Positions 12,654-24,500 of a stretch of DNA of 64,000 nt are shown one piece after another; the stretch's first letter is position 1, and each line of letters starts with the position of its first letter. Origin of the DNA: Octopus sinensis (taxonomy: Eukaryota); the NCBI RefSeq assembly GCF_006345805.1, contig NC_043003.1, positions 91,016,001 through 91,080,000 on the forward strand. Reading direction: 5' to 3'. The notes beneath the pieces are model-generated. The model was given only the letters and a program-made list of their open reading frames with translations. It was not told the origin of the DNA and searched no databases. Made by a program: the position numbers and the translations under genes.

Positions 12654-13397
12654 CTTTCGATGGGATATAAATAAAATACTCACGTATGATCATGGAAAAA
12701 GCAAGCTAAAAACATAACTACACTTGAGTACATCACTTATATTAAAAAATAAAAATTCTTTGGTCAGCCTCAGAAAACAACGTCCAGACCTTTCGCCGCT
12801 ACAAATTGTAATGGTTACCAGTCCTCCTGTAGCAAGCATCGAGTTACTACTAAGCAATATAGGATGAAGTCCCTTACTCTACAGCAAAGGAATTCATCAG
12901 GAAGCGTGGGCAGTATATTTAAAAAAAGTTATATTTATAGATAAGTCCGAAATTGATTCAATATAGAGATAACGAAATTTAAATTTTCTAAAGGTAGTTG
13001 CCCGTTTTCAGTTTCAATTTTCCTGTAACAAGCGGATTATAAGTGGATAAAACAGTGTATTTGGCTTTAGAATAACCCTCTTTAGCCCTTAATTATTGAT
13101 GTATATTGCAACCGTAACGGTTTTTTAAATATACTGCCCACGCTTATGATGAATTCCTTTGCTGTAGAGTAAGGGACTTCATTCCTATATTGCTTAGTAG
13201 TAAACTCGATGCTTGCTACAGGAGGACTGTTAACCATTACAATTGTAGCGGCGCGAAAGGTCTGGACGTTGTTTTCTGAGGCTGACCAAAGAATTTTTAT
13301 TTTTAGATATAAGTGATGTTACTCAAGTGTAGTATGTTTTTAGCTTGTGCTTTTTCCATGATCATACGTGAGTATTTTATTTATATCCCATCGAAAG

Positions 13398-13461
13398 TTC
13401 TACTGAAGAAGGAATATATCTTTTTTTATAAGATTAAGTCCGAAATTGATTCAATATAGAG
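13398..13461 (+). ncRNA. Type I hammerhead ribozyme motif (family D, copy 2)
   Basis: UUCUA-CUGAAGA-A-GGA..AUCUU/AAGAU..UCC-GAA-AUUG-AUU-CAAU-A-UAGAG: all three helices pair, AUA triplet. Confidence 0.8.
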
Positions 13462-13885
13462 ATAACGAAATTTAAATTTTCTAAAGGTTAGTGCCCGTTT
13501 TCAGTTTCAATTTTCCTGTAACAAGCGGATTATAAGTGGATAAAACAGTGTATTTGGCTTTAGAATAACCCTCTTTAGCCCTTAATTATATGATGTATAT
13601 TGCAACCGTAACGGTTTTTTAAATATACTGCCACGCTTCTGATGAATTCCTTGCTGTAGAGTAAGGGACTTCATCCTATATTGCTTAGTAGTAAACTCGA
13701 TGCTTGCTACAGGAGGACTGGTAACCATTACAATTGTAGCGGCGAAAGGTCTGGACGTTGTTTTCTGAGGCTGACCAAAGATTTTTATTTTTAGATATAA
13801 GTGATGTACTCAAGTGTAGTTATGTTTTTAGCTTGTGCTTTTTCCATGATCATACGTGAGTATTTTATTTATATCCCATCGAAAG

Positions 13886-13948
13886 TTCTACTGAAGAAGG
13901 AATATATCTTTTTTTATAAGATTAAGTCCGAAATTGATCAATATAGAG
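13886..13948 (+). ncRNA. Type I hammerhead ribozyme motif (family D, copy 3; 1-nt deletion in loop III)
   Basis: Same as copy 2, but helix III reads AUUGAUCAAU (a palindrome). Confidence 0.72.
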
Positions 13949-14395
13949 ATAACGAAATTTAAATTTCTAAAGGTTAGTTGCCCGTTTTCAGTTTCAATTT
14001 TCCTGTAACAAGCGGATTATAAGTGGATAAAACAGTGTATTTGGCTTTAGAATAACCCTCTTTAGCCCTTAATTATATGATATATAGATATATATATATA
14101 TATATATATTATATATTATATATATGTATGTATATGTGTGTATGTATAGTGTGTGTGTATGTGTGTATGTATAAGTGAGAGCCTCCTATTTACCTAAAAC
14201 TCTATTCTTCTATTTATATTTTTTTATTCTTTTATTTTTTTATTCTTTTATTTATCTTTTATCTACTTTACACTGACTCCTTGACCACTCCCTAAGTATG
14301 ATATTTTTGCGCTATGCCTACCCCCAAAAAGTCCACCACCACCACCCCTTTAAACCTGCCTAAATGTATAAATGCCAAAACAATTCTTGTTAACT

Positions 14396-14446
14396 AGCTT
14401 CCTGATGATTTCTCTTGAATGAAACAGTTCTAGTCCTGTAGAAGCT
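14396..14446 (+). ncRNA. Type I hammerhead ribozyme motif (family A, right arm)
   Basis: Exact reverse complement of 10356-10406. Confidence 0.7.
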
Positions 14447-14719
14447 CCTTCTATATAATAAATTATATATATATATACATCTTTTATACATATATATATA
14501 CATCTCTTACTTGCTACAATCACTGGACAGCAGCCATGCTGAGGTACTATCTTAAAAGGCTTAGTCTCAAACGAATCAACCCCAGTACTAAATTTTAAAG
14601 TCTGGTACTTATTCTTTCACTCTCTTTTGTTGAAACACTAAATCACAGCAAAATAAGTAGCAACTATGTTGCCAAGCAATGGCAGTGGGGAGAACACACA
14701 CACACAGTTAAAAATATGC

Positions 14720-15240
14720 GTTCAGGTGAGAGAATCCTTCCTCGGGTTTATTCAGGCAGGTGAAAAGGATGCAAACACAATTAAAAATATGCCTCCCTCA
14801 ACTAACATAGTGACATTACAAGCTTTTCTTGGCCTAGCAAACTATTATCAAAATTACATACCAAACATGTAAGAATTGAGAGCTTCACTTGATAATGCGC
14901 TGAAGAAAGATGCCAAATGGAACTGGTCAAATAACTGTCAAAGGGCATTTCAGGATATTAAAAACATATTCTTTTCTACTCTAGGCACAAGGCCCAAAAT
15001 TTTGGGGGAGGGGGCCAGTTGATTAGATTGATGCCAGTACACAACTGGTGCTTAATTTTATCAACCCTGAAAGGATGAATGGTAAAGTCAACCTGAGCGG
15101 AATTTGAACTCAGAACATAGACACAAAATACTGCTAAGCATTTCGCCTGACATGCTAATGTTTCTGCCAGCTCACCACCTTAAACCAGGATATTAAAAAA
15201 ATATTAATTTTGGATTTGTCACTGGCTCAACATTTTCCTT
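14720..15240 (+). pseudogene. Ty3/Gypsy pol fragment (RT-RNase H linker), split by a SINE
   Basis: NMPPSTNIVTLQAFLGLANYYQNYIPNM*ELRASLDNALKKDAKWNWSNNCQRAFQDIK, resuming after the SINE as ILILDLSLAQH. Confidence 0.8.
14965..15185 (-). mobile_element. Family 2 SINE with 14-bp target-site duplication
   Basis: CAGGATATTAAAAA at 14951-14964 and 15186-15199. Confidence 0.85.
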
Positions 15241-15570
15241 GTAAAAGTTAATGTGTGCCTTCTATTAAAATGTATTGATTAATCCTTCAGTTCAATGTTA
15301 AATTGTTTTATATCTAATTTGACATAGAAACAAACAGTTATACACACAGACATGTGTATCATTATCATCATCATCATATTCATTTAACATCTGAGCTGGT
15401 ATGGGTTGGGCAATTTGACAGGAACACCACTGTCTACTTTGGCATGGTTTTTACAGCTGGATGCCTTCTTAACTCCAATCACTTTACAGAGTGCACTGAA
15501 AGCTTTTTACATCCACTCTGTGAAGTGGTTGCAATAATAAAGTGTATGTATGTGCACATATATATATATA

Positions 15571-15748
15571 CGAGTGGCCGTGTGGTAAGTAGCTTGCTTA
15601 CCAACCACATGGTTTCATTTTCAGTCCCACTGCGTGGCACCTTAAGCAAGTGTCTTCTACTATAGCCTCGGGCCGACCAAAGACTTGTGAGTGGATTTGG
15701 TAGACGGAAACTGAAAAGAAGCCCGTTGTATATATACATGTGTGTGTG

Positions 15749-15781
<33 letters not shown>

Positions 15782-16000
15782 ATGTTTGTGTGTTTGTGTT
15801 TGTCCCCCATCATCGTTTGACAACTGATGCTGGGGTGTTTACGTCCCCGTCACTCAGCAGTTCAGCAAGAGAGACTGATAGAATAAGTACTAGGCTTACA
15901 AAGAATAAGTCCTGGGGTCGATTTGCTCGACTAAAGGCAGTGCTCCAGCATGGCCACAGTCAAGTGACTGAAACAAATAAAAGAATAAAAAGAAAAGAAT
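15571..16000 (+). mobile_element. Family 1 SINE
   Basis: Full-length match. Confidence 0.85.
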
Positions 16001-16502
16001 ATAAAACAGTGGGGGAGTCATATTAATTGCTATTGCCTGTAGGATCATGAAAATTCAATAAAGTTAATTTATTGTGGGAATTACAGGGTTCAATGCCTTT
16101 CAGTGTTCAGTAATCCTTTCAATCCAGACTGGCACCTAACTGCAAACTGAACTTCCATTTGAAAATAGAAATGTATGTTTACATTGTGCATAAATGTTTA
16201 TTTAAGCAGAGACAAACACTAAAGGTCATGCACACCAGCAGTTGCACCTGTTCTATACTTCATCTGAGTGCCTCTGTACCCTAGTTTATGCATGACCTTG
16301 CTTAAGTTTTCTGTACATAAATGCATACTTACACAACTACTTTGAAGTGTATATACATACACTTATGTATGTGTATTTTGAGTTCTGTTGCCTTTTGAAT
16401 CTTTGTTTGATTATTTACATTTACACCTATACAGATACTTACATGCAAATATTTGTACATGTGTTTTCTTACCCACTTGCATGTGTTTGCGTCTCTCACA
16501 AT

Positions 16503-18100
16503 CAGTGGCATAGCTAGGGCATGACAGGCAGGGCACTTGCCATGGGTGCAGTTCTGAGTGGGGGGGACGCAATTTGGAGTCATGAATGAGTAAAATAACT
16601 TAATTTTGGCAAATTTTTTAGTTCACTCAAGCACGTATATGTATGCTGCAGCAAATTTTGTTGATGTGTGGGTGGTCTCAAGAATGTGGGCCAATGCATT
16701 GTTAGTCACATTTTGTGACTCTCCCCCCCCCCCCCGAAAAAACCACCCCACCATGATATTTGTTGTTTTGCATCAAAAAATATGCGGGTAGTCCATAGCA
16801 CACCCCACCACCACCGCAAGTTAATATCCTTCTGCTTGCTCAAATTTCATCATACTTGCGTGAGTAAATATTTCCGATATTCTTATGCCTATGCATGGTG
16901 GTAGATTTAGTTTCAAAAAGGGTCTGAAAGATTATTTCTTATATGATTTGTAAATTATGACAACCATTCGTTAAACTTAGTCAGCCTACACATAGCTAAA
17001 CACGAGTTGGTGATGTCTGCATCTATTGGCGCAATTGAAACACTCTACGTATTCTTTTCTCGTTCAACACACTGCTGGGAAAAACTGAAGGCCATAATAC
17101 CTGTGGTTCTTAAGTCACAATCTGAAACGAGATGGAGTGCTCGGATGGATGCAGTTAAAAACATAAGAAACTACCTCGATGAAATTCTACAAGTTCTTCA
17201 AGACATCATCAATAATGAAAACAAGGCAACTGAGAACAGAATGATGCTAACTTGCTGTTTAACTGTATACTCCATTACAAATTATTTGCATTGTTTGGTT
17301 TCTGGAACAGTGTCTTCACATGGATCGATCATGTTCAAAAGAGGCTTCAGGATCTGACAATGAATTTCCATGATGCATCACTTGATTTGAAAGGTCTCTG
17401 CGACTATTTTATCACTTCCAGAGAAGTTTTAGTGGCTGATTCACTCGATGAAGGACTGAGCATTTGCAGAAGGTGGCAAGTTGATGTCAAGCCATGTCGA
17501 AGATTTCAACATGCCATTCACAATGTTTCCATCAACGCTGAGCTGACAGCAAAAACTAACATGCGAAAAACAGTGAATGGGGCCATCGACCATCATCTTG
17601 AAGAAATGAACATGAGGTTTTCCTGGCTGCACAATCTTGATGCCAAATTTGGCTTCCTTATCGATGTCCAGTTTCTGCATAATGGCAGATTTGCAGATCT
17701 CTGGACACATTGCAATACCTTTGGAAACATCTACAGCAACAATATTGATGCAACTGAACTTCTTGAAGAAACCCTTAACTGCCGAATGCTACTTGCAGGT
17801 CGTAAACACCTCCAAATATCAAATCCTGAGGAGCTTCTCAAATTTATCGTCCAGTATGGAGATAAAAGTGTGTTCCCTAACCTTCATGTCATGATACAAA
17901 TTCTGCTCACGGTAGCTGTATCCATTGCTGGTTGCGAGAGATCCTTCAGCAAGCTGAACCTGATCATATCCTTCCTGTGAGCTTCTATGACACAAAGAAG
18001 GCTCCGTGACCTCGCGTTGCTGAGCATTGAGTGAGAAGAAGTGGAGAACACCAGTTTCCATTGTATCATTGACAACTTTGAAGCTAGAAGGGCACTCCTT
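16503..18100 (+). mobile_element. hAT (Tip100/ZMYM1-like) DNA transposon relic; left TIR only
   Basis: Starts CAGTGGCATAGCTAGGG; transposase fragments downstream; no matching right TIR seen. Confidence 0.65.
17007..18090 (+). pseudogene. hAT transposase C-terminal half (frameshifted)
   Basis: LKSQSETRWSARMDAVK motif and dimerization domain VFPNLHVMIQILLTVAVSIAGCERSFSKL..MTQRRLRDLALLSIE. Confidence 0.9.
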
Positions 18101-18674
18101 TAAAATAGTCAATGTCTACTTTCTGAATAAATAAATTTCAACAATGTGATTGTTTATTTTTAGCATGACATTACTGAGTAGGTGTGAAAGATGGAATCTG
18201 GCCAGTTTCAACATAAAGCAAACAGAATATTTGGGCTAGATATGGCCGGTTTAAATACTAAAGGGATAAATTAGTTCTAGTTATCCCCTAATTTCCTTTA
18301 TCTTAAAAAAATAACCACTTCTACAAAACCCATGCATTCCACACACACACATACACACACACACACTTAATCACCACTTCACCCCCGCTAGCTTTCACCT
18401 TTTATCCTTCTCAAACTCTGAGATGTGAACTTAATTTCATCATCATCATCATAATTTAACTTCCACTTTTCTATGCTTGCTTGGGTTAGATGGAATTTGT
18501 TGAGGCAGAATTTCTATGTCTGTGATTAACCTTTGCTTGTTTTGGACCTGTTTTGCACAGAAGACTAAAGACAAACAGCCTTGCTTGTATAACGATGATG
18601 ATTGTTTATAACGATCATATGATGTCAAGACAACAATAAACACAAAAATACATACACACATACATGCATATATA

Positions 18675-19235
18675 TCTTTTATCTTTTACTTGTTTCAGTC
18701 ATTGGACTGCGGCCATGCTGGGACACCACCTTGAAGAATTCCTTTTTTAGTCAAATGAATTAAGCACCAGGACTTTTTTTTGTTTGTTTAAAGCTCGGTA
18801 CTTATTCTATTGATCACTTTTGCCTGAACCGCTAAGTTACAGGGACATAAACACACCAACACTGGTTGTGAAAAGGTATGAGGAGACAAATACAGACACA
18901 AAGACACACATACCCACATGTACATACATACGACAGGCTTCTTTCAGTTTCTGTCAACCAAATCCATTTGCAAGACTTTGGTCAGCCTGAGGTTATAGAA
19001 GACACTTGCTGACTGAACCTGGATTCATGTGGTTGGGAAGCAAGCTTTGTATCACACAACCACACCTGTGTGTGCATGTACACACACACACACACACAAT
19101 TTCCATCTCCTAAATGCACTTACAAAGCTTTGGTTAGCCCAGAGCTATAGTAGAAGACAGTTGCCCAAGATGCCGCACAGTGGGACTGAACTCAAGACCA
19201 CATGATTAGGAAGCAGGCTTCTTAACTACATAGCC
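18675..19235 (-). mobile_element. Family 1 SINE(s), compound with two heads
   Basis: Reverse-complement matches; head repeated at ~19040 and ~19230. Confidence 0.7.
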
Positions 19236-19984
19236 ATTATGACAGTGATTCATGCTATACCTAACATCACAACCAAATATAAATATTTTCCTAATTTAGT
19301 TTCTGTTATTCTCTAAATTCCTTTCTCCTAAATTAGCATTCATAATGCTCACAGACATGCACATTCAACAAAGTACATCCAACCCCTCCTTCTTCCACAA
19401 CACATAAACTCTGAGATTTGAACTGAACAAAGTGCTGCAGAAAAACTCCCCATATTTTACATGTCTATTAGTGTGGTGCTAGTGAAGTTATACAAGTGAC
19501 AATGCTGTCTTCATATAGCTAATGTTTTTACCATTCTTTCATCCAATCACCACCAAGGTTAGGACTGGTGAGCACTATGTTTTTGCAATTAAAACGTTTG
19601 TCAACCTATAGAATGTGAAAGGGGTTTTTTGCCACACTCTGTACTTCTAAGCAAGCTTCTACTCATAACAAGAAAATATATCTCAAATTTTAATTCAATT
19701 AACTTTCCACTTGCTTCATATAATGCATACACATAAATATGCACACAGATACACTCATATCCCATTCACAAATAACATGTTTAAATTTATTTAAGCAAAT
19801 GTATTTAAACAGTTCATTATCAAATTAAAAACTCATATGTTTATGTGTGTTGCAGTTTTTTAAATATATTTATTGTTCTTCTGTTTGAGTTTTCTAAAAG
19901 TGCATACACATGCCTATATGTAACTACACACATGCATATATATGTATATATAATAATAATTAATAATAATAACAATTATTATTA

Positions 19985-20225
19985 TTATTGCCTTTGCAAA
20001 GCTTCTAACGCTGGAGATGTACTACAGTGTCAGCTGTTCACTATCAGTGAACTAAGGTAACACCTCTTATTTTTCGAGCACCTTCTGCAGTATTCGAGCA
20101 GGTCCAAGCAGTGCTGTTTTCTGCAAGTGCTCCACCCTTATTGCAGCCCCTATTTGTTCCATGTATTTCTCAAGATTTTTGCTCACTGTTCCCAGGGCTC
20201 CAACAATTATTGGTACTACTGCTAC
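19985..20225 (-). mobile_element. R4/Dong-type LINE 3' end within (TAA)n
   Basis: VVPIIVGALGTVSKNLEKYMEQIGAAIRVEHLQKTALLGPARILQKVL, then a short UTR and (AAT)n tail. Confidence 0.8.
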
Positions 20226-20238
20226 CTTTATTATTATG

Positions 20239-20285
<47 letters not shown>

Positions 20286-20517
20286 GGCTGCAAGCTGGAA
20301 GAATTGTTAGCACACTAGGCCAAATGCTTAGCAATATTCCATCTGTCTCTGCATTCTGAGTCAAATTTCTCAGAGTTAATTTTGCATTTCATCCTTTTGG
20401 GGTCAATAAATTAAGTACAAATGAAATACTGGGTCAATGTAATCAACTATTGCCCTCCCACAAAATTTCAGATTTTGTGCTTTTAGTAGAAAGGATTATT
20501 ATTATTATTATTATCAT

Positions 20518-21072
20518 TGAGTGAGAGAGCAGTTCATGCCATCAAAGTGACACTGGGGTAAAATATACGAAGCCCAATATACCCATCATGACTACCCGTC
20601 TGATAAAGGTACACCAGGCACATGCATCACAACCATATGTGCGCGACATGGTGATCTCATATCAAGATAAACAGCACATGACCTTGCAGGTGGGGCCCAG
20701 TTAGAATTTTCTTCAGGTTGAGTAGCCCATCCCGCTCAAACGGTCCCTGAATAAGGGTTGCTTAAGGATGTTGAAAGAACCACCCATGTTTCCAGAGGTG
20801 AACTATTCAAACCCCAAAGAATCCCTCTCAACACATGGCTATGATGCTCCCCCACTACTTCTGCTCGTGATCAGAGATGCACATATCGTCAGCCACTAAG
20901 GGACATGCTCAACTGGTTAAGGTCAAACAACTGACAAGCAAATCTGTGGTATTGAGCAGAATATTTGCTGTAGCCCATCTTTTATACCAAGACAAAACAA
21001 TGTACATGATAACACTTCCAATCAGTTAAGATCAGAAGCCATGAGAGCCACTGCCTGGTACTGCATCAGGGC

Positions 21073-21075
<3 letters not shown>
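20518..21075 (-). mobile_element. (TAA)n-associated retroposon, longest copy
   Basis: Reverse complement of 6187-6721 plus ~25 extra 5' bases; (ATT)n on both sides. Confidence 0.8.
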
Positions 21076-21158
<83 letters not shown>

Positions 21159-21181
21159 TATTATTATTATTATTATTATTC

Positions 21182-21770
21182 AAGGTGGTGAGCTGGCAGA
21201 ATTGTTAGCACGCTGGATGAAATGCTGAGCGGCATTTTGCCCGTTGCAACATTCCGAGTTCAAATTCTGCCAAGGTCAAACTTTGCTTTCCATCCTCTCG
21301 GGATCAATAAATTAAGTACCAGTGAAATACAGAGGTCAATGTGATCAACTAGTCCCTTCCCCCAAATTTCAGGCCTTTTGCTTTTAGTATTATTGGTGAA
21401 CTGGCAGAATTGTTAGCATACTAGGCAAAATGCTTCGCAACATTTTGTCTGGCTTTATGTTCTGAGTTCAAATTCCACCAAGGGATTGATAAAGTGATGT
21501 AATTGACTTACCCCCTTCCCTGAACTTGCTGGCCTATTGCCGAAGGATTATTATTATTAGTATTAAGGTGGCAAGCTGGTAGAATCATTAGCACACAAGG
21601 CAAAATGCTTAGTAGCAGTTTGTCTGAATTCAAATTCTGCCAAGATCAACTTTGCCTTTCATCCTTTTGGGGTCAATAAAATAAGTACTACTTTTAAGTG
21701 CAGAGGTCAATATAACCGACTTACACTCTCCTTTGAAATTGTTGGCCTTGCACCAAAATTTGAAACCATT
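21182..21770 (+). mobile_element. Cluster of three family 2 SINEs (another copy at 20285-20500)
   Basis: Repeated GAGCTGGCAGAAT..GAGTTCAAATTC..CTTTCATCC cores. Confidence 0.75.
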
Positions 21771-21785
21771 TTTTTTTTTTGACAG

Positions 21786-21814
21786 TGTCATGGAAGTTCT
21801 TACTATGTCACCAG
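21786..21814 (+). CDS. Candidate small exon of an unknown host gene
   Basis: T12-GACAG acceptor and CAG|GTATGC donor; 29 nt; joins in frame to 21961 (CHGSSYYVTR). Confidence 0.25.
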
Positions 21815-21960
21815 GTATGCCTCCCTTTTTCTAAGATATGTACAGCGTTAAATTTTAGGGTAAGTAGACCTGTATTAGTAAATTCCATCAGCTTAGTGAC
21901 GGGTTAGGGTTTGGCTTGTTGTTTCCAATACTATTTCAATGTTTTCTTTGTTCTGCAAAG

Positions 21961-22072
21961 AATGTCAACAACAGTTGGGCGGTGGCTATGTTTTGTATGT
22001 ATTGTGTGTGTTGTAAGTGTTATAGTGTTAGATATCAGTTATACAGGAATGCGTGTCCTGTCATTTTTGCAG
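21961..22072 (+). CDS. Candidate exon encoding a hydrophobic or transmembrane segment
   Basis: Pyrimidine-rich acceptor ..GTTTTCTTTGTTCTGCAAAG and consensus donor CAG|GTAAGT; open frame MSTTVGRWLCFVCIVCVVSVIVLDISYTGMRVLSFLQ. Confidence 0.38.
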
Positions 22073-22379
22073 GTAAGTGATCATGCATTGTATATGCTGT
22101 GTGGGTTATGTTATTTTATTGAGTGATTATTGTGTCCGGTGTGTGTGGTTGACTCATGTTATTGAATTTAAAGTGGCTCATACAGGACGAAAGTTGTACC
22201 TAGTAGTATATGGCTCATATATATTTGATCATGTTTATTTTATTATATTTAGTTATTATTAACATGCCTGTTGCTAAGGGCAACACTGCCCCCTCACTAT
22301 TCAATGGTACACCCTCAGATTCAAAAAATACAGTTTACAAAAATTTTCATGCAATACAAATCAGTATCCACCTAGAACA

Positions 22380-22700
22380 TTCTTAAGCACCACCAGGCAC
22401 CAAAGTCTGGCAATGGGCCTGATTATTAGTATAGTTTTTACTTTCATGTCCCACATCTTGCTTATTTCAATTTCAAGATTTTTATATTTAGATATTTTCC
22501 CTACTTTCTTTCAAGTAACATTTTGGTCAGAGGGAGACTCCGATATCTATCAGTGCGCATACATTTTCTTCCCAGTTCTTCATTATTATAATACTTAAAT
22601 GTTACCCATCATGTGATGGGTAATTTTGGAAGTATACTACTGCTACCATGGGTAATATCAGCAAAATGCATGCAATAATTATAACATAGGATACAAAGAA
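22380..22700 (-). pseudogene. R4/Dong-type LINE restriction-like endonuclease relic
   Basis: ..LIDI..; ..KYKNLEIEISKMWDMKVKTILII resembles KYKDLxIEIxRMWxMKxxxIPVIVG. Confidence 0.65.
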
Positions 22701-22970
22701 AGTCAGGAGGTATGAGATGAACTTTTTTATTCCAATAGTTGATATCCATATGAGTACCACCAGATTAGATAAATCCATATATTGTGCATTAAATTTACAA
22801 CAATTATAAATTAACTTTAACAAATTTGTTGGTGCTTATATAAAATGATGAAATGAATATTAATATTCAAAAGAAAACATTTATCACCTCAAAATTAAAT
22901 AAAACAAAAACATTCCGGCCATGTGAAATCAGTTTATATTTTATTTCAGGAATACGAATCTAGGCCTCTA

Positions 22971-23484
22971 TGAGGGTGAGCTGAAATCATTATAGGCTTA
23001 CTATGAAGGATTAAAGCTAGAGTTGTGAAATCTTTCATGCATTAATTTCAACTCGTCTCATTAATAACTGAATTGTTTCATTCCAGTTAAACTAACTTCT
23101 GACTGTTCAAAGAAGACTGCAGAAGTAACTAATAACAACTTCTCAAATTCTTGATTTCAATAGCGGTTGTGGTGACTGCGGCTTTGAAGTGGTTGATCAT
23201 CTTCTCTCTAGTCTTCTGATTTGGCCCTATCTGATTATCATCTATTCCCCAAAATGAAAAAAACACTTGGCTGGAAACAAGTACTGCAGTAATGATGACG
23301 TCATATCTGCTATCCTGTTGGTTAACAGGATAAAAGCTTCTTCACCGATGGGGGTCAAAGCACTGTAATACCAATGGTAGAAGTATGTGTACTGCAAGGG
23401 AGACTATACTGAAAAATAAACCTCATCTGGTTGCATTCCATGAGAATATATTAGTCAGTCTGTAAACTTTTCAGCTGACCCTCA
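22971..23484 (+). mobile_element. Internally deleted mariner
   Basis: TIRs TGAGGGTGAGCTGAAA / TTTCAGCTGACCCTCA with TA duplication; remnant GFEVVDH..SDYHLFPKMKKHLAG.. Confidence 0.8.
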
Positions 23485-24189
23485 TATTATTCAATATGGC
23501 CTTCTATCTGTAAGAAGGTAGGATGTAATATCAAGGATATTTGGATGCTATGTTGAGTAGGGCAAGTGATCTAATGTCAGCACCACCTGCTGGTCAAAAG
23601 AGAGGTGAGTCATGTATGTGTTCCATGTTCAATGCCATTCTGCTTTCATTTTGTTTTCCCATGCTAGCATGAGGTAGTAGCTTTTCTCCAGCACAGCATC
23701 TAATTGCTGGTGAGCTGCCTTTGTTGGAAAGAAAAGATATTGCCATGAAAAAAAATTATGATTTATATTTCTTAACAATTATGAAATTTGGTGTTCATCA
23801 GATATACCTTTATTACATAAAACACCACTGTTTATTATCATTACTACTAGAGTGATTAGGACAGAGAGTTGGCAGAATTGTTAGCACATCAAACAAAATG
23901 ATTATCATTTCTTCTGGCTCTTTATATAGTGGGTTCAAATACTGCCAAAGTCAACTTTGCCTTTCATACTTTTGGGTGTTGATAAAATATAAGTATTGAG
24001 ACCCTCTCACCTAAATTCCAGGCCTTGTTCCTATAGTAGAAAGAATTATTACTAGAGTAATTCTGCCAAGAATGACTTTTCCTTTCATTCTTTCAGGGTG
24101 GGTAAAATAAGTACCAGTTGAGCCTGAGGTTGATGTAATTAACTTACCCTATTCCCTTAAAAAATTACTGACCTTGTGCCAATACTAAA

Positions 24190-24500
24190 AACTGGCATTC
24201 CATCAGTTACAATAGTGAGGGATCCAGTTGATCTGATCAATGGAATAGCCTGCTTGAGAAATTAACGTGCAAGTGGCTGAGCACTCCACAGACACGTGTA
24301 CCTTTGACATAGTTCTCAAGGAGAATCAGGTTGGCTCTTTGAATTACAGGTACAACCCATTTTTGTCAGCTAAGTAGACTGAAGCAATGTGAAATAATGT
24401 GTCTTGCTCAAGGACACAATGCCCTGCCAGGAATTGAACTCATGACCTTATGATTATTGTGAGCTGAATACCCTAACCACTAAGTCATGTGTTTTCACTA
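24190..24500 (-). mobile_element. tRNA-derived SINE (family 3)
   Basis: tRNA-like head at ~24490; TTGAGCAAGACAC core shared with 27940-28260 and 42600-42790. Confidence 0.65.

Larger units (their letters stand above)
12369..14081. repeat. ~490-bp tandem unit: ~1.1 copies one way (12369-12927), then ~2.3 copies inverted (12942-14081)
   Basis: The HHR GAAA recurs at 12949, 13442 and 13930 (spacing 493 and 488); copies differ mainly by homopolymer indels. Confidence 0.9.

Noticed and set aside
13138-13260. Second CUGAUGA-like motif in the 490-bp unit
   Set aside because: No GAAA or helix III within pairing distance and no helix I partner, so not a complete ribozyme.
12369-14081. CRISPR-like or coding interpretation of the tandem array
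   Set aside because: There is no repeat-spacer architecture and no ORF; eukaryotic repeat context.
22602-22823. Hydrophobic minus-strand ORF resembling a membrane protein
   Set aside because: Contiguous with a decayed R4/Dong endonuclease region; AT-rich composition explains the hydrophobicity.
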